DNA of 60,732 nucleotides, filler included, from Platydemus manokwari (Eukaryota): NCBI GenBank assembly GCA_037951405.1. It is 5 parts of 5 records of this genome, joined end to end, with 100 filler letters (N's around TTAATTAATTAA, not from the genome) between each part and the next. Parts side by side here need not be neighbours in the genome. Positions count along the whole stretch, not along the records: positions 34,120 to 44,017 come from JBBMOY011191544.1; positions 44,118 to 60,732 come from JBBMOY011159215.1; 3 more parts are not named here. One strand, 5' to 3'. Shown piece by piece: positions 37,001 to 51,116 of this stretch (position 1 is its first letter; each line of letters starts with the position of its first letter). The notes under the pieces were generated by a model. It saw only the letters and a program-made list of their open reading frames with translations, ran no database searches and was not told where the DNA came from. The position numbers and the translations under genes were made by a program.

Positions 37001-39726
37001 TACCGAATAGATGTAATGAGTTCGACTTAATTATTTCTGTTCGAAGTTTAGTGTCAATAATCTTTTTCATTTTTAAATTTTCATTCTACTAATTTGTATT
37101 CAAAGTTTAGCTTTAGATGAAAATCCATCAGCTTATTTAGTTACTGAAGTTCGGTACTTTGTAAATAGAACTTTTTTATCAATCTCAAAAATTTTTAGCA
37201 TTTTTATTACTTTTCTAAATAATTTTTAAAATTCTTTAACCTTGAAAATCCATTAATTTTTAATAGCATTATAGATTCGACTATATAATTTATTAACTTT
37301 TGAAAATGTTAATTAATTTTTTTATTCTTACCTATTTTATTGTCTAATATTATTCGTATTAAATTTATTTTTAACACATTACGAATAATAATATATTTTT
37401 GTGCACAATTTACAAAAATCAACTCTTTATAAATGGTCACAAGATAAAAATCATAGGATTGAAACGAATGTCAAAATTAAGAGTTCAAGTATTGAATTTA
37501 CAAGTCAAATATTCGGAAATGTTTGATTGTTGATGAATATTAGGATTTGCAGATTTTAAGAGCAGATGGATTGAAGCAATATCATGAGTATTTATTTGAA
37601 TGTTCCACTGACCTCAAGTGTCTGAATCTAAACTCCAGCTCTTCGTTACCCCATGTTTTTCATCGTCGGTTAATAATGAGGCTCTGTATCGGCTTCTTGT
37701 TTTTGGCCATGTTTGTCCAATGTTTTCAATATTTGTTGTTTGGAGTTTAAATATTTGGGGTATATTCTGTGTTATTTTGGATTGCGATGATGTTTGTAGG
37801 GGTTTTAATTCGACTATTCTACTCTTGCATGCACAATATGAGCTGACGGTGATGGAATTCGTTTCCCCTTCGTTCTCCTCATTATCTGAGTAGAGCTCTT
37901 GCCGGTCTATGGTTTCCCAACAATATTCCAGAAAATAATTTTATGCGTTCCAAAATGCTTTGTTATAAATGTACCAAAATATATCATATTTGAATTCATA
38001 AATTCTAATATTATTTTTATAAAAATAATTCAAAAATTTATTCAAAATATTGCAAGAAATAAAATTTAAATCTTTTTAAAAAACTTTAATAATTTCTATA
38101 AAATAAAATGAAATTATATTTTGTTTTCATATATGTAATAGAACCTTATTTAGCTTATACTTATTTACATAAACAATATAAAAATAACCTACAATTGAAT
38201 ACTTTAAAATTTCTGAATTGATATTCAATATTTTGTTTCGATGTAAGTGCACAAGATGAAAAATTAATTATTAATTGAATTACTGTAACTGCTTAAATTG
38301 AAAAAAGATTTTACATTAAAATGTAAGCCTTTTGTTGTTTTCTCGAAGAAAAATCTGAAGAAATTTTGATAAATGAAGGAAAAATATATTCAATCTCTAA
38401 TTTGAGAACATTAATTTGAAATAATAAAGAATTAAAAACCAAAAAATTATTTAAATTATTTTAATAAAGATCAAAAATATTTATTTAAGTAAGAAATTAT
38501 TAATGATTTAAACAAAGTAATTGAAAATAAACATTTTTATAAAAAGAAAAATTTGAAGGAGCTTTGCTTGTAAATGCTGTATTACCATCACTTTACCAAG
38601 TTTTGGAAGGGCTTTTGGAGGAATTGCAATAGCCGTAAAGTTAAAAATTCCAAAAACTGGTCTTAAAACTGATAAAACAAAAGAAGATGTAGTAAAGATT
38701 AAAAAGAGAAAAAATATCTTTACGTTTCTATTTCAAACAGGTATCAAGATTTAAATTTAATTTTGTAAAATATCTACGATTGACTCATCACTTCGTATAT
38801 AAGGCAGCAGTCACATTTACCAGAGCATTTTCGACACTTATTGAAGACATAGTTACACATTACCACAGTTGTTATGTACGAGGATAGGACAAGTTTTTAA
38901 AAATCAACAACAGCACTAGAGGATTATAAGAAGAAGAGATAAAGATTTCCATATATATATGCCCAGTATTTTACTGGGAGACTATACAGTACGATAAATT
39001 TGTAAAAAATATCTATCTATTTTATATCTTCTATCTCTTATTACTGAGTTTAACTCAATCATCTTGAAAGGTAACTGCTGTTGCTCCGAGAATAATTGTT
39101 ACAGCAAGATATAATGGTTAATGTATAATGTAGTATTAAAATTAATTTGTAACTTTTATTTTTATTTATTTATTATTTTGTATCGTTGTTTTTTAATAAT
39201 AAACATTTGTAGTAACAAGCCTTAGTTATTGATTAAATAGATCATGGATCATTCTTCATTATCATTGATGTCGTGAACTTTAGGAGTTAAAATAAGGTGC
39301 CTAAGCTGCGACAAGTAGTTAAGATTTAAGATTCCCACACCGATTGTCTTCACATAATAAGGTTGTGTGAGTTGAAGATTACTCAAAATAAAATAGATTA
39401 CACCTGTGGTCTTAATCAGGAGCTGGTTGAGACTGGTTAAGACAACAGTGATATCAAGTAGAAATAAGATTAAAAAAACAATAAATCAATAAGGCCTAGA
39501 CCTAACAAAATTTGAATATATTCTTGAACTCATGAAAGATAAAATTCAACTTAAAATTGTTTTTTATAAAAGAAGATAAAATAGGCACTGAATTTTTAAA
39601 ATTGGTGGTTGCATATTTTAGACTTTAATTTGGAAGATATGCAGAATTATATATTACATGGAAAGTTAAATAATTTTTTACTCTTATTTCTGTTATAAAG
39701 GGTAAAGAAGCAATCAAAAAATGTGT

Positions 39727-40055
39727 TACAAGATTTATTCAATACAAATTGGTTGGGTTTATTGGATTGATTGTGACCTACTTGGGTCTAAAAGCTTTGA
39801 TTCGTGAACTCAATTTTGCTTTTTCATTCGTTCATTTCGGCTTTTCGATGGGTAGGAATTGTTTGATTCTATTTTGTGTTAGATAAAATCTATCAAAACA
39901 CCGGTCGAGTGAAATTGCCTGATTTTTGTCCATTGTTCAATATTTGAAATTGCACATTCTTTGACCAGGTTTTGAAATTTTTTTTTCGCCACACCAATTT
40001 TCGCCAAAATTGCTTCTGTTGAGGTCGGAACTGTACCGAGTGAGCCTATAATGCA
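39727..40055 (-). mobile_element. 5'-truncated copy of the NeSL-like element at 7700-9815 (RLE C-terminus + 3' UTR)
   Basis: Reverse complement aligns with 9495-9815; translates IIGSLGTVPTSTEAILAKIGVAKKKFQNLVKECAISNIEQWTKIRQFHSTGVLID. Confidence 0.8.
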
Positions 40056-43000
40056 TCAATTTTCTTCCCCAAATGGTTACAAAACAAAGTAATTGGTACG
40101 AAATGACATTTATCTCACCTAATCAATTATAGCCTTTCTCTAAAATCATTTTCTTCTTAAACTACTACTGGTTTCAAATGTGCTTGATAAACAAATATCT
40201 TGTGGAGGAAAAGAGGAAAACCTGATACAAATAAATAATAAGTAATAATGTTATATATTAAGTTTCCTAGGACGTGTGTAAGATTTCAACAATTCATATT
40301 ATTAGAACAAATTATTATTTTCATCATTCATTACTAAATCATTATTATTGTTAGTCTTGAAATTATTATTTTATATTACTAAAAATTATTCCACAAAAGA
40401 ATATAATTTTCAACTGATAAAACATCTAATATAAACTCTTAATAAATCAATATCATATATTGATCGGAAATATCCACTCCATATAATGCAATATCATTGG
40501 ATATATTTATATCGTCGGTTTTAAATCTATGAAAGAAAACTGATTGAAGACAGAATAAGATTTTAATTAATATTTTAAAAGCGAAATCGTTTTGAAGAGA
40601 ATAATTTGTCACCAATTTTAAACTCCACATACGTGACCAGATTTAATTCAATTAATTAAGAGTTTTGTTTAATATCGAGAGGTTATTGAAAAACTAAATT
40701 TTCCTTTTTGTTCTACTTAATCAATAGATTTATTACAAATATTCAATTTTTACAAATTATTGATATCAATTTATCGAATTCAATTTGAGATGGGACCGAA
40801 ATTTGGTTTGGTTGAGCTGAAATTTAAATATCTTATGAAATATATATTTTAAATAATTTTTAAATATGAAAATATATCGATATAAAAAACAATCAATGAT
40901 AAATATAATTTACTTTAATGTATTGTAATAAAATAAATTTTTGGTCGAACTGCTTAAGTTCGTTTTTAAGTTGAATTTAATGAACTACTAATAGCAGGAA
41001 TAAAAAACAATAAAGTGAACATGAATTTACTTAATAATAATAACGATGACAACATGATAATTTCCACGTTTAAATGACTGTAAATGTTTATTAAATCTAA
41101 ATTATCGCCAGAAAAAAACGTTTGAAAATCGACCATATATTCTCGTTCAATCTTCGTCTAGTATGTTGAAATTTTTGACCAGAAATTTTCTTACATTGTT
41201 ATGGTCACATTGTTCAGGAAGTTGCCACCGTTGAAAAAGTATCTACAATAGCAATTAACAATTTCGATTTCTCAATCTCAATTTTCAATGGTCTGGAGTA
41301 TTCTATCAGGTTTCCTTGAATAAATAGTTTTGAAAATATTTTGTCATTCACGTTAGCTGATTCACAAAATATTTCTAATATTTCAGCAACATTTATTTGT
41401 AGTTGAGGAGAAAGAAACATAAATTATTATGATTGATCAATCCAATTTTATTAGTATTTTTATTATCACCGATAATGCTTACATTCATAAATCTGATCAA
41501 GATTCACATTATTTTAAACTCTTATGGAAATATTTTAATTTACTTAAATAATTTCTTTTTTAGAAATATATTCTACTAAACATTCTTATCAGTAAATCAC
41601 ACATTTCTGGTAATTTAAATATTATTGTTATCACTAAGAATAAATCCCACTATTAAAATTATAAATATTATTATTATATTATAAAATTTCTTCTATTCAT
41701 TCTCTAATTGTGATTGAGTGGTCACGCGAGTGTATAGTTGGTTAGTATTAATTCACATATGCCCAGTGGCAGTCCTATAAGGAGACAAATTATTTACGTA
41801 GTTTTGATAATGTAGGTTATTCCAAAAAACTACAACAAAAATTCCGTTTATTTTCGTTGATATCATAAATCAATTAATTTAAAGGAAGTTCTAAAAGTCT
41901 TTTTTGTTCGTACTGACAATAAAATAACCATCTTACTCTTTAACTAGTCATCTTTATGCGCGTGTAAGGGTTGAATTATTATAAAATGAATATAAAATTA
42001 AAACAAAAGATTATTCTAAACTAAATAATTATCTTCTTCACAAAACGCGAAATCGTTATGTTTTTTGTCTCTAGCCATTCATTAAATCAAAGATTTACAT
42101 AGAAATAGAACGATAATTAAGATGTTTCAAGGAGAATACTATGTGTGTTGATATCAGATAATTTTGAAGAGTCTTCAAGAATATTTTTTGGTTTCGATTT
42201 TTGAAATCCATATATACAACTTTAACTACTTTTAATTATTTAGAAAATTTCGTTTTCTCACTTTTCGTTTTAAACACTTTAAATCACTATAAAAATATAT
42301 GGCAATGTTTAATAGTTGAAGTATTATTATTGAAATATTATTATTATTATTATTATTATTATTATCGAATCAACTGTTAGAATCAGCATATAGAATAATA
42401 TAATATATCGCTGATTTGTCATTTCAAACAAATATATACCTCTAATAACCACTGGGCCACTCGTTTTAAGTGGACTTCCGTTTCAAATAGTTATAACTCT
42501 TGTAATATTAGTGGTCGAAGTTTAACATCATTAAATTCAATTTTATTGACAGTGAAACAATCTATCATTTATAACAGTAAAATCAATAATATATGGTGTT
42601 AGTAGCGGTTACTTCATTTGCAAGTGATGTTTCAACAAAAAAAGTCATTTTCACGATTTTCTTAATATTTATTTAATTACAACACTTTATACAATTTTTT
42701 AAACGAAACATAATTCCTTTTCTAGAGCGATTTGATTTTCAATCATAATCAGATATAGATAGAAATATTTAAATAATATTCTAATTATTTTAAACTAAAA
42801 TTAATTTTTTTTATTAAAATAATGTTTTTTAAAACAATGATTTAAAATTATTATTGGTTAATTTAATTTAATTCTCGCATATAGGAAACAAATTTATCCA
42901 CATAATAAAGCATAAATGTCAAATATGGAAAAATTATTTAATTCTCAAAGTAAATTCTAATTTTTGATTGCCTTGTGATTTAATTGACAACACATTAATA

Positions 43001-44299
43001 AATATATTGTTTTAAATTGAATTTTCATACGGATGACAGACTCATGTGGAAATGATGTTTGTTTTGAAATAAAAGTCGAATATATTAATAATTGAACGAC
43101 CAATAATTACCTCTTAATTGAAAGAGGCCATATGAAATAATAAAGAAATAAAATCTCATCGTGTGAAGGAATAGATAATTTGATTATTCAATCAAAATTT
43201 TATCTCGATCTAATCCAATTTATCGACAAAACATGTTGAATATCGTGAGATTTTTACATAATTTATTGATAAATTATCGAAATCGTTGATCTCATAATGA
43301 TAGTCAATTTATTTTTGATACCACAGAGAGTATTGAGAACAAAAACTAAATGATGATAAAGCAAAGATTTATGGTGCCATAATCTTATAGTACAAGTAAT
43401 ATTTCTTATTTTAGGTTGTGAATAATAAGTCTTTAATTAATAACTTGAATTTAGGTGATAATATTCAACATATTATAATCATTTGATAAGTGGGATTTAT
43501 TTTTAAAATATTTTAACTGAAATTTAACACAACACAACCCATAAGACGTGAACGCAATCAAAAGTACGAATGGAATATCAAAATAAATGTTTGGTATGAA
43601 CTGATAATGTCCTTCGCTTCTCGTGTTTTTGATAAAAATGTCGAATTTTAGATTAAAATTGTATTTATATTTATATAATGCATCTTATACAGTCCAGTCA
43701 ATATTTTCTAAACATTACATTGTCACAGTTTCTTGATAGATTTATTTGATGATAAATATTTAAAATGATAGAATAAATTATCATTTCAAAACTATTATAA
43801 NNNNNNNNNNNNNNNNNNNNNNNNNNNNNNNNNNNNNNNNNNNNNNNNNNNNNNNNNNNNNNNNNNNNNNNNNNNNNNNNNNNNNNNNNNNNNNNNNNNN
43901 NNNNNNNNNNNNNNNNNNNNNNNNNNNNNNNNNNNNNNNNNNNNNNNNNNNNNNNNNNNNNNNNNACAAAAATAAAGTATAAATAAGAATATGAATTAAG
44001 TAAGGAATTTTAAAATTNNNNNNNNNNNNNNNNNNNNNNNNNNNNNNNNNNNNNNNNNNNNTTAATTAATTAANNNNNNNNNNNNNNNNNNNNNNNNNNN
44101 NNNNNNNNNNNNNNNNNTATATGTGTGTGTGTGTGTGTATGTGTGTGTGTGTGTGCGTAGGACTTTGGGAGATAGAAGAGGAAACATGTTTATTATGAAT
44201 ATTATAATAATAGTAATATTAATAACAACAAGAATATATACTCTGATATAGATAGAGAATTCACTTGTATCCGTCATCTGACTTCTCTTTTCGTAGGTC

Positions 44300-44585
44300 A
44301 GACATTACAAGTGCTGTGTTCTTCATAAAAATGTATTTACGCTAATGTAATGCAATGAAAACCTTAAAAGATCAAATCAAAACGTGATATGAAAATTTAC
44401 ATTCAAATCCCAAGTATAAATACTGATGAAAAGATGACCTATTTTCAGCTGCAATTAGAGTAATCAAACACTTTGTATTTGGTTTGTAGTATATTCTCAT
44501 GAATTTTGGAATTGTTTATGTACGTACTGATTAGTACGATTGGGTGAAATATGATCTGCAATATTAAATTCGTCTGGACCTAACA
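44300..44585 (+). mobile_element. LTR fragment, family B
   Basis: Ends ACCTAACA; shares TACATTCA..TCCC.A.TATAAA and GTACTGATTAGTAC with 51801-52222. 5' boundary approximate. Confidence 0.5.
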
Positions 44586-44605
44586 CTTTAATACTTAATA
44601 AGTAT

Positions 44606-45899
44606 TGTTGGGAACAAACAATGAGAAACAATCAATAAAATAGAAGATAAACAATAGTGAATATTAATAAATAAACAAAGTAATACTATAATAATAAAAT
44701 AAATATTAATTATATTAATTAATCACCAGAATTTTTATTAATCATAAATCATCCAAAATTCTTTTAGAATTTCCTAAAATAACCCCAATAATAAATAAAT
44801 AAAAAGAACAGCTATAAATAAATTCATAAATAGAAACATAGTTTAAAAATAAGAAAAAAAAATCTAAAAAACAAAAACAGTAGTAATAAAAACTAAAAAT
44901 AGAAGAAAAAGAGATTGAAGACGAGATTAAGTTAATATAAAAAGGCTAATAGGAAAATAAAGGACACAGAAAATTTCAAGCACAATTCGAAAATAATTTA
45001 ATAAAATAGGAGATAATTTATTCCAACTATCGAAGATAATTTATAACTGTCACTGACAATTCATTCGAGCTATTGGAGATAATTCCTTCTACCAACTATC
45101 AAAGATAATCTATGCTTGACGCTTATTGACTAAGAGAAAAATATAAAGTCTGGACCTTAGAAAAGAAAAGAGACAAAGAAACAAGACAGAGAAAAGAGAC
45201 TAGGATATTTATCTAGCAAAAAAATCTTGAAACAGTTCCGAACCGTAAATCTCTTTTATCAACAAGATCACAAGTCTGAATTACGAATTTTTCACTAACA
45301 GGATAAAAGTAAGAAGTTATTAGCATTTTCTCATAATTTTAAAGGAATTATTTGATAAATTATCTCTACTTTGCATAAATTTTAATCATATTTTCTATCT
45401 CTTAATAATAATTCATAATCGAAAACCAACAAAGAATATCGTTGTACTGGAAAAAATTGATTTCATATTTAATCATAATCTATTTAATAACCTCTTATTA
45501 CTAATTCATAAAATCAATTCAAGAGCTCTTACAAGGCTATCCATAAGAGACCAAGCAAAATTTTAAACACTCTATCTGTATAGAGTCAATAAAATCAAGT
45601 ATTTAATCGTAAACTCTCCCCTCTGGTACCTGGTTATTTGTTAAACAACATAATTATTGTTTCTCATCAATATTCTTATAAATTAATTTGCTTATTCTGT
45701 AATTATTATTTCATATCACAATATATTTATAAACGAATTTGGTTGTTATTCTCTGATAAATAATTCTTGTTATAGTTATCATACACGGCACAGTCAGGTT
45801 TTGTGAAATATTCCGTAAATAAAAGTAGAACACACACCCACGTTGGGATAGAATTAGCAATTTACCCTTAGTAATCTTTAATACATTATAACCCCAACA
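44606..45899. mobile_element. Probable ~1.3-kb solo LTR
   Basis: TGTTGGG...CCCAACA inverted termini; imperfect 4-bp target duplication GTAT/GTGT; internal ~35-bp direct repeat (GGAGATAATT...CCAACTATC.AAGATAAT). Confidence 0.5.
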
Positions 45900-47029
45900 G
45901 TGTTATATTTTGCCTAATTTTTCATTTAAATTTTGTAATCAAGATTGTTACCTTTAATGATGTTTTCATTGTGTGTTCGCAAATTCCTTGAAATTACAAA
46001 GACCACTATTTTGAATTTTGGTACCGACCTATGTTGTGTACTGTACGAATATTTAAAATTATTTTGTAAAAAATCTATTTAAAAAATGAAATTAAATTAT
46101 AGATTCGATTAAAGTGACAGTTATTCTCTTAAAGCTTTATCAAGATTTTCATCTAATTTTGAACATTTTTCCTTTTTTTAAAAAATAACTGTTTATATAT
46201 TTAAAATATCCCTTAAATTGATGTCTTTGGTACCGTTAGCTATGTTATTTATTCTATAACTCTACTCATTTAACATGAATCCATTTATTAAAAACTACAA
46301 CGAAAATTATAAGAAGCTGTTACGTATTAATTCTGTCTGTTGATATTTCTGTCGTTTAATTATGTGATTTAATTTATTTCATATATTATTATCAAATTCA
46401 TTTTACTTTTTGTTAGTAAATTAGCATATTTTTTGTTCATGACTAAGCGTCTCTCTTTATTCTCATCTTTTATTATTTCTCATTTGTAATTCTTAAAATT
46501 AAATATTATTTTATTTAAGTTGATCAATTTTCTTGGTTTCTTTTTGGTCTAGTTTTTATTTAATATATGAGCATTAATTTATTACCATTCATTATGTATC
46601 CTCATATATCGAATCTATTTACTAATAGACACACGCACACACACGTATAATATTTATTCTGCTCTACTTGTATTTATTAATTTATTACTGCCTATACACA
46701 ACACAGAATTTATGGAGATACAACATCGAAAGAAATAATAGCCTAAAGAATTAATCAGTAATGTTTATGTACCGATGCAAATTGGAATTTCTCCGCTCTC
46801 ATCCCGTTTCACTTATGTATCAAATTCCAACAGCAAAGTCGTTCAATTTTCTCCTAGATATCGTTATCTGGTCAACACTGGTTTATTCTCCCATAATACG
46901 ATTCTAGTCATTTTCCACCGTACCTATAGCTCTTTTGCAGATAAGCTCGGGCCAAAAAGTGAACCCCAGCCACCCTAAAAAGATTATAAAAAAGCGGACA
47001 TGGAACTTGTACTTTTAGTTTTTATTGAA

Positions 47030-47280
47030 GAGGTTGATATTGGGAGATGTCATTAATAATTTGCTTGGAAAGCCCGTATTTCGGTATTTTTGCTTCTAAA
47101 CGAACTAACACAAGTAGCTGTCCACTAATAATCTATGTGTGCCTCATTGGCGCCTATTCTGCGTCTTATCGCGTCCCAGAAAGATTCGATGATTTTTTTG
47201 TGAGCTCTAGTTGTTGGATCCTTAAAGTTTTTGGTATGATTAACCGTTTGATTAATATAATCCTTTCAATGATTGGCCTG
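47030..47280 (-). mobile_element. Ty3/gypsy integrase remnant, opposite orientation
   Basis: Minus-strand KRLIIPKTLRIQQLEL ... KYGLSKQIINDISQY resembles the RLxxP..LR..IL and (F/Y)GxPxxIxSD integrase motifs. Confidence 0.45.
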
Positions 47281-47299
47281 GAGTGATGCAGGTCTGGAT

Positions 47300-49255
47300 T
47301 GTGTCTAGCAGAACACTTCTACATGAACACTTCTCTAGTCTCCCAGCTGAGGAAGATTCAACAAAAAGATACTGTCATTGGTTCCATTCAAAAGTGGTTA
47401 TAGAAAACTGAAACAGGAGTCAATTCAGCGGTCAAGAAAAGTTTACAGAAGTGCGAATTGTTTGAAGGTATGGTGGTCCATAATGAGAATGGAAATAAAA
47501 GAATTGTTGTACCAGAGGTTCACTCACAGAAACTAGCGAGATACCTTCATGAGAAGTTGTGCTATATCAGTAGTAAGAAACTGGACGATTACATTCGAAA
47601 AATTTACTTCTAGCCAAATACATAACCAAGCATCGAACACGAAATTGTGATATTTGTGCTAGACGGAAGGTATACACTGGTCGGACTATAGAAGTTATGA
47701 TTCCAAGGGAAGAATTTGGTCCTTTGGAACAAATCGTTGTTGATGTTGCGCACTTTGGAGAATTTATGACTAAAACCAAGCATCTGTTGATTATTGTGAA
47801 TAGATTGAGCAACTAGCGAGCTTTGTGTCACTTATTCGACAAGGTGAAGCTAGGATTTTCGAGTCTATCATCGATAATTGGATCTATAGCCATGGTTCTC
47901 CGATGAATTACTATGCATAGATTACGTCTTATTGAACTAAGCCACCACGCCCAAATCATCAAAGAAACAGAAAATCAGCTAAAATCAGTGGTCATAAACT
48001 TAAGGAAATTTGATGCTTAAAATGAGGTTCTCAAATTATTGCGTTTGGAGAAGAAGTTTTAGTGAACCACAGAAGTTAAGAAGAAAGGAGATCGCTATGA
48101 AGGACCTCACAGTAATTTAAAAGTTTTAGGCCCGCGTCAAGTGCTTCTTGATTTTCAGGCTCAGACAAAACTACGAAGAATTGAGTGGCTGAAAAAGATC
48201 TTAAAAACAACGGGAGAGGGAAGTTGGATAAATTATAGATATTCAATTTGTATAAATATTCTGAATAATGTGCTTTTTCAAATTTAATAAATTGTTATGG
48301 GATTAAATGAAGTTTTACTATGATGATAATTGTAATAATGGAGACCCCGTCAAATAAACATAATTAATGAAGAGATAATAAAAATTAATTGATTGGAAAA
48401 TGAAGAGAATATAAGTTAAATCTTTTAAAGCTAAAAATAAATAAATGAAATTTAAGGGGAAAAATAATTCTTAAAATAAAATTAAAAGTTTATTTAACTG
48501 AATCAATTAATTAAAAGTAGAATACAATTTCCGAAGTCGGAAATTTTCATTAATTGAGATAAGATCAGGACCACAGTATCAACTAGTAAAAGTTGATGAG
48601 AAATTACACTTTGGCCTGACTGGAAAGCAATTAATTGGCGAAAGGGTTGCGACCGATTTTGGGACAAACCAACACCAATAAGGGGATTGGTCGATATCCA
48701 GCTCTAAATAATAGTCTGTTGATGTAGTGTATTGTGCTGCGGTATACAAGCAAAGACAGTCAGTAGCTGACTGCCAGTAATTCAGCCATTAAGCCAAGCA
48801 TAATGAAATTTATTCAGAAGACGATTATCGATTTATGAAAACATGAAGGCACTACTAAATCATGTTATTTTTTATATTTAATTAAGATTGTGCGTTGAAT
48901 ATTCGAGAAAATTGTTTCCCAACTATTGGTTAAAGTATATAAAGTATAATTTGTAAACTGTGTGATATTCAAGGAAGTGCTCCCGAATATCGGTATCAAG
49001 AAGCAGTATCAATTCTTGTGCATCTGTAAGTTATTGTTGCACACGATAGTACGTAATAGTCCGGGAGTAGCTCCTCGGCCGGTATTTGAAAGTTGTGCAC
49101 GGATTTGTATTTAAGAATTGGACCCTTGATTGTAATTTTTGATCGAAATTGTAGATTGTTGTATAAAATAATTCTTAGAGAACAGCTCCATCTTTTGGTG
49201 TCAGATAAATAGATTACACCAGTATTTGTTGCGCTCTACGTCAGGTAGCCCAACA
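47300..49255 (+). mobile_element. Ty3/gypsy LTR retrotransposon 3' remnant: integrase, PPT and ~1-kb 3' LTR
   Basis: KRIVVPE..LARYLHEKLC..SKKL..YIRKIYF*PN and CDICARRK (HHCC); PLEQIVVDV..KHLLIIVNRLS (core); WIYSHGSP; DRYEGP (GPY/F); polypurine tract GGGAGAGGGAA (48212-48222); LTR from (a)GTTGG ~48222 to CCCAACA 49255. Confidence 0.85.
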
Positions 49256-49878
49256 ATAATAACGACATTCAGTTTTTAAATAAAAAATATATTTTGTACA
49301 CTACTTATAAAATGACATTCGAATTAGTAGTATGCAAAATGATGATTTCAGAATTAAATACCAAATCAGCGAACATATTGTTGTTCTCAAATATCAAAAA
49401 TAATTCAAAAACTTCAGCGAGAATTGAGGAAAATTGTGAAATCTTCAATTATCGAATAAATAACCACGTAAGAAAAATAATTTTTCGTGTAATAATAATA
49501 ATAATAAATAATATATTCACAAATATACCATTTGAATTATAAAATGCGGGTTGACTTGAATTTTACAACATCTCATTTCCACTGTTCCTATGGGTTTTAC
49601 ATTAATTCGACGTTTTAATTTTACACAACATGTACCAAATAACGACATTTATTTACTGTCTATTTAACCATTCAACAAATCTAGCCATTCGGTTTTTATA
49701 AAGTTTTCAAAATTTAATATTTATTTCAATATTTTGATTTAAATTTTTCAATATGAAGATATTTTTTAATTTATAAATTAGACTTAATTATAAAAATTAT
49801 TATTAAAGTTGCAATATTAAAATTTAATTAAAATTAAATCGTTAAAAATGATTTTATTTTGATTGAAATTTTCAGAAA

Positions 49879-50127
49879 ATGTTCATTCTTTATATGATAG
49901 CGATGCTGACTTGGTCTCTGAATGATTGTTCAAATAATAAAACTTATGAGGCTCGTAAGTGCTTACTTGGTTGCCCGCAAGTTTTTACTTTATGCAAAAG
50001 ACGTCCATATAGTCTTCCTTGTATGAGTCAGGATTGCTTAGAACATTGTGATGCTAAATATTGTTTTTACGAATGTCATCGAACATTGCCTTGCTTTGTA
50101 AATTGTTATAAGAAATATGGAGTATAA
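49879..50127 (+). CDS. Small secreted cysteine-rich peptide (82 aa, 11 Cys, four CxxxC motifs)
   Basis: Hydrophobic N-terminus MFILYMIAMLTWSLNDC; CLLGC, CLEHC, CFYEC, CFVNC; ATG preceded by the acceptor-like TTTTCAG|AAA. Confidence 0.7.
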   Translation: MFILYMIAMLTWSLNDCSNNKTYEARKCLLGCPQVFTLCKRRPYSLPCMSQDCLEHCDAKYCFYECHRTLPCFVNCYKKYGV

Positions 50128-51116
50128 AATTAATTTTTAATGTTCCTTCGCTTAAGCTACTCTACAACATATTCATAACACGCAACTGTATTATTTAATA
50201 ATATTATTTTATTAATTTAAACCAAATCCCCATAAAGCAACAATCCTAACTGTGACATTAACACTGTTAATATTGTGTTATTTAATTAATATTTTCATAA
50301 TTTATCAGTTAAAGTATTTTATAAATATTATAAATAAAATAAAACCATTTCTGAATAACTAAAACGTAAGAAAATAATATCTAGGAAAAGGAACTAATAA
50401 AATTCATGGATACAGCACCATACCTGAGTAAAGATTATCGGATTATGATAGCATTATTATTTCACACAAAAATTCAAACTAATACCCATTTTGAACAAGT
50501 GAGTTAAAAATTCACTAATTAAATTCGTGCGAAATATGAAAATGAAATCATAAAAACAACAATAGCAACAATAGTAAAAGCAAAAACATCTATTTGATGT
50601 GTTTTGTATATTTGAATTGTAATTTCTGATTTCTAGACTCAATCCCGATAATAGTTGTATTGTTTATAAATAAATTTATAAAACACTCCTTGTTTTAAAA
50701 ATAATTCTATAATTATGAACGCATTGTAATTCATGTTTCATTATTGCTTTTATTAGAATTTCAAGGTTACATAAATGTTTAAATGATCTTTATAAATAGA
50801 AAATATATTGATAATTATTACTTTCAAAGTAATTTAATAATAAAGTTTTATAATCTAAAGTGGTTTGTGGTTAATATTTTATAAACATTGTGAGCATTAA
50901 TTAAATAATTTTATAATTTTCAAAAGAATTTCAAATAATTTTTAAATCAATTTTAAAGTCATTATTTAAATAAAGATTTTAAAATAAAAAGATTATTTTG
51001 AATGATAAATATAATAATAAATTTTAATGTTTTAAAATTTATTATATAAAATAAATTTTAAGAAAATCAGTTCTTCTGTTGAAACTTCAATTACAATCGA
51101 AGTAGATGCTACTGAC

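Noticed and set aside
37540-37960. GC-richer block with overlapping short ORFs
   Set aside because: Probably retroelement debris, but no diagnostic motif could be identified.
34300-38760. Possible decayed Polinton/Maverick region (GALLVNAVLPSL ~38560; CSNGNRGDREDILLV ~36460)
   Set aside because: Only vague resemblance; no polB, ATPase, integrase or TIR recognisable by eye. Needs a frameshift-aware HMM search.
40130-41600. Minus-strand ORFs 40439-40630 and 41214-41420 as exons of one gene
   Set aside because: Could not build a consistent splice model and no domain is recognisable.
41725-41760. tRNA-like A-box (GTATAGTTGGTTAGTA)
   Set aside because: No B-box, T-arm or acceptor stem follows.
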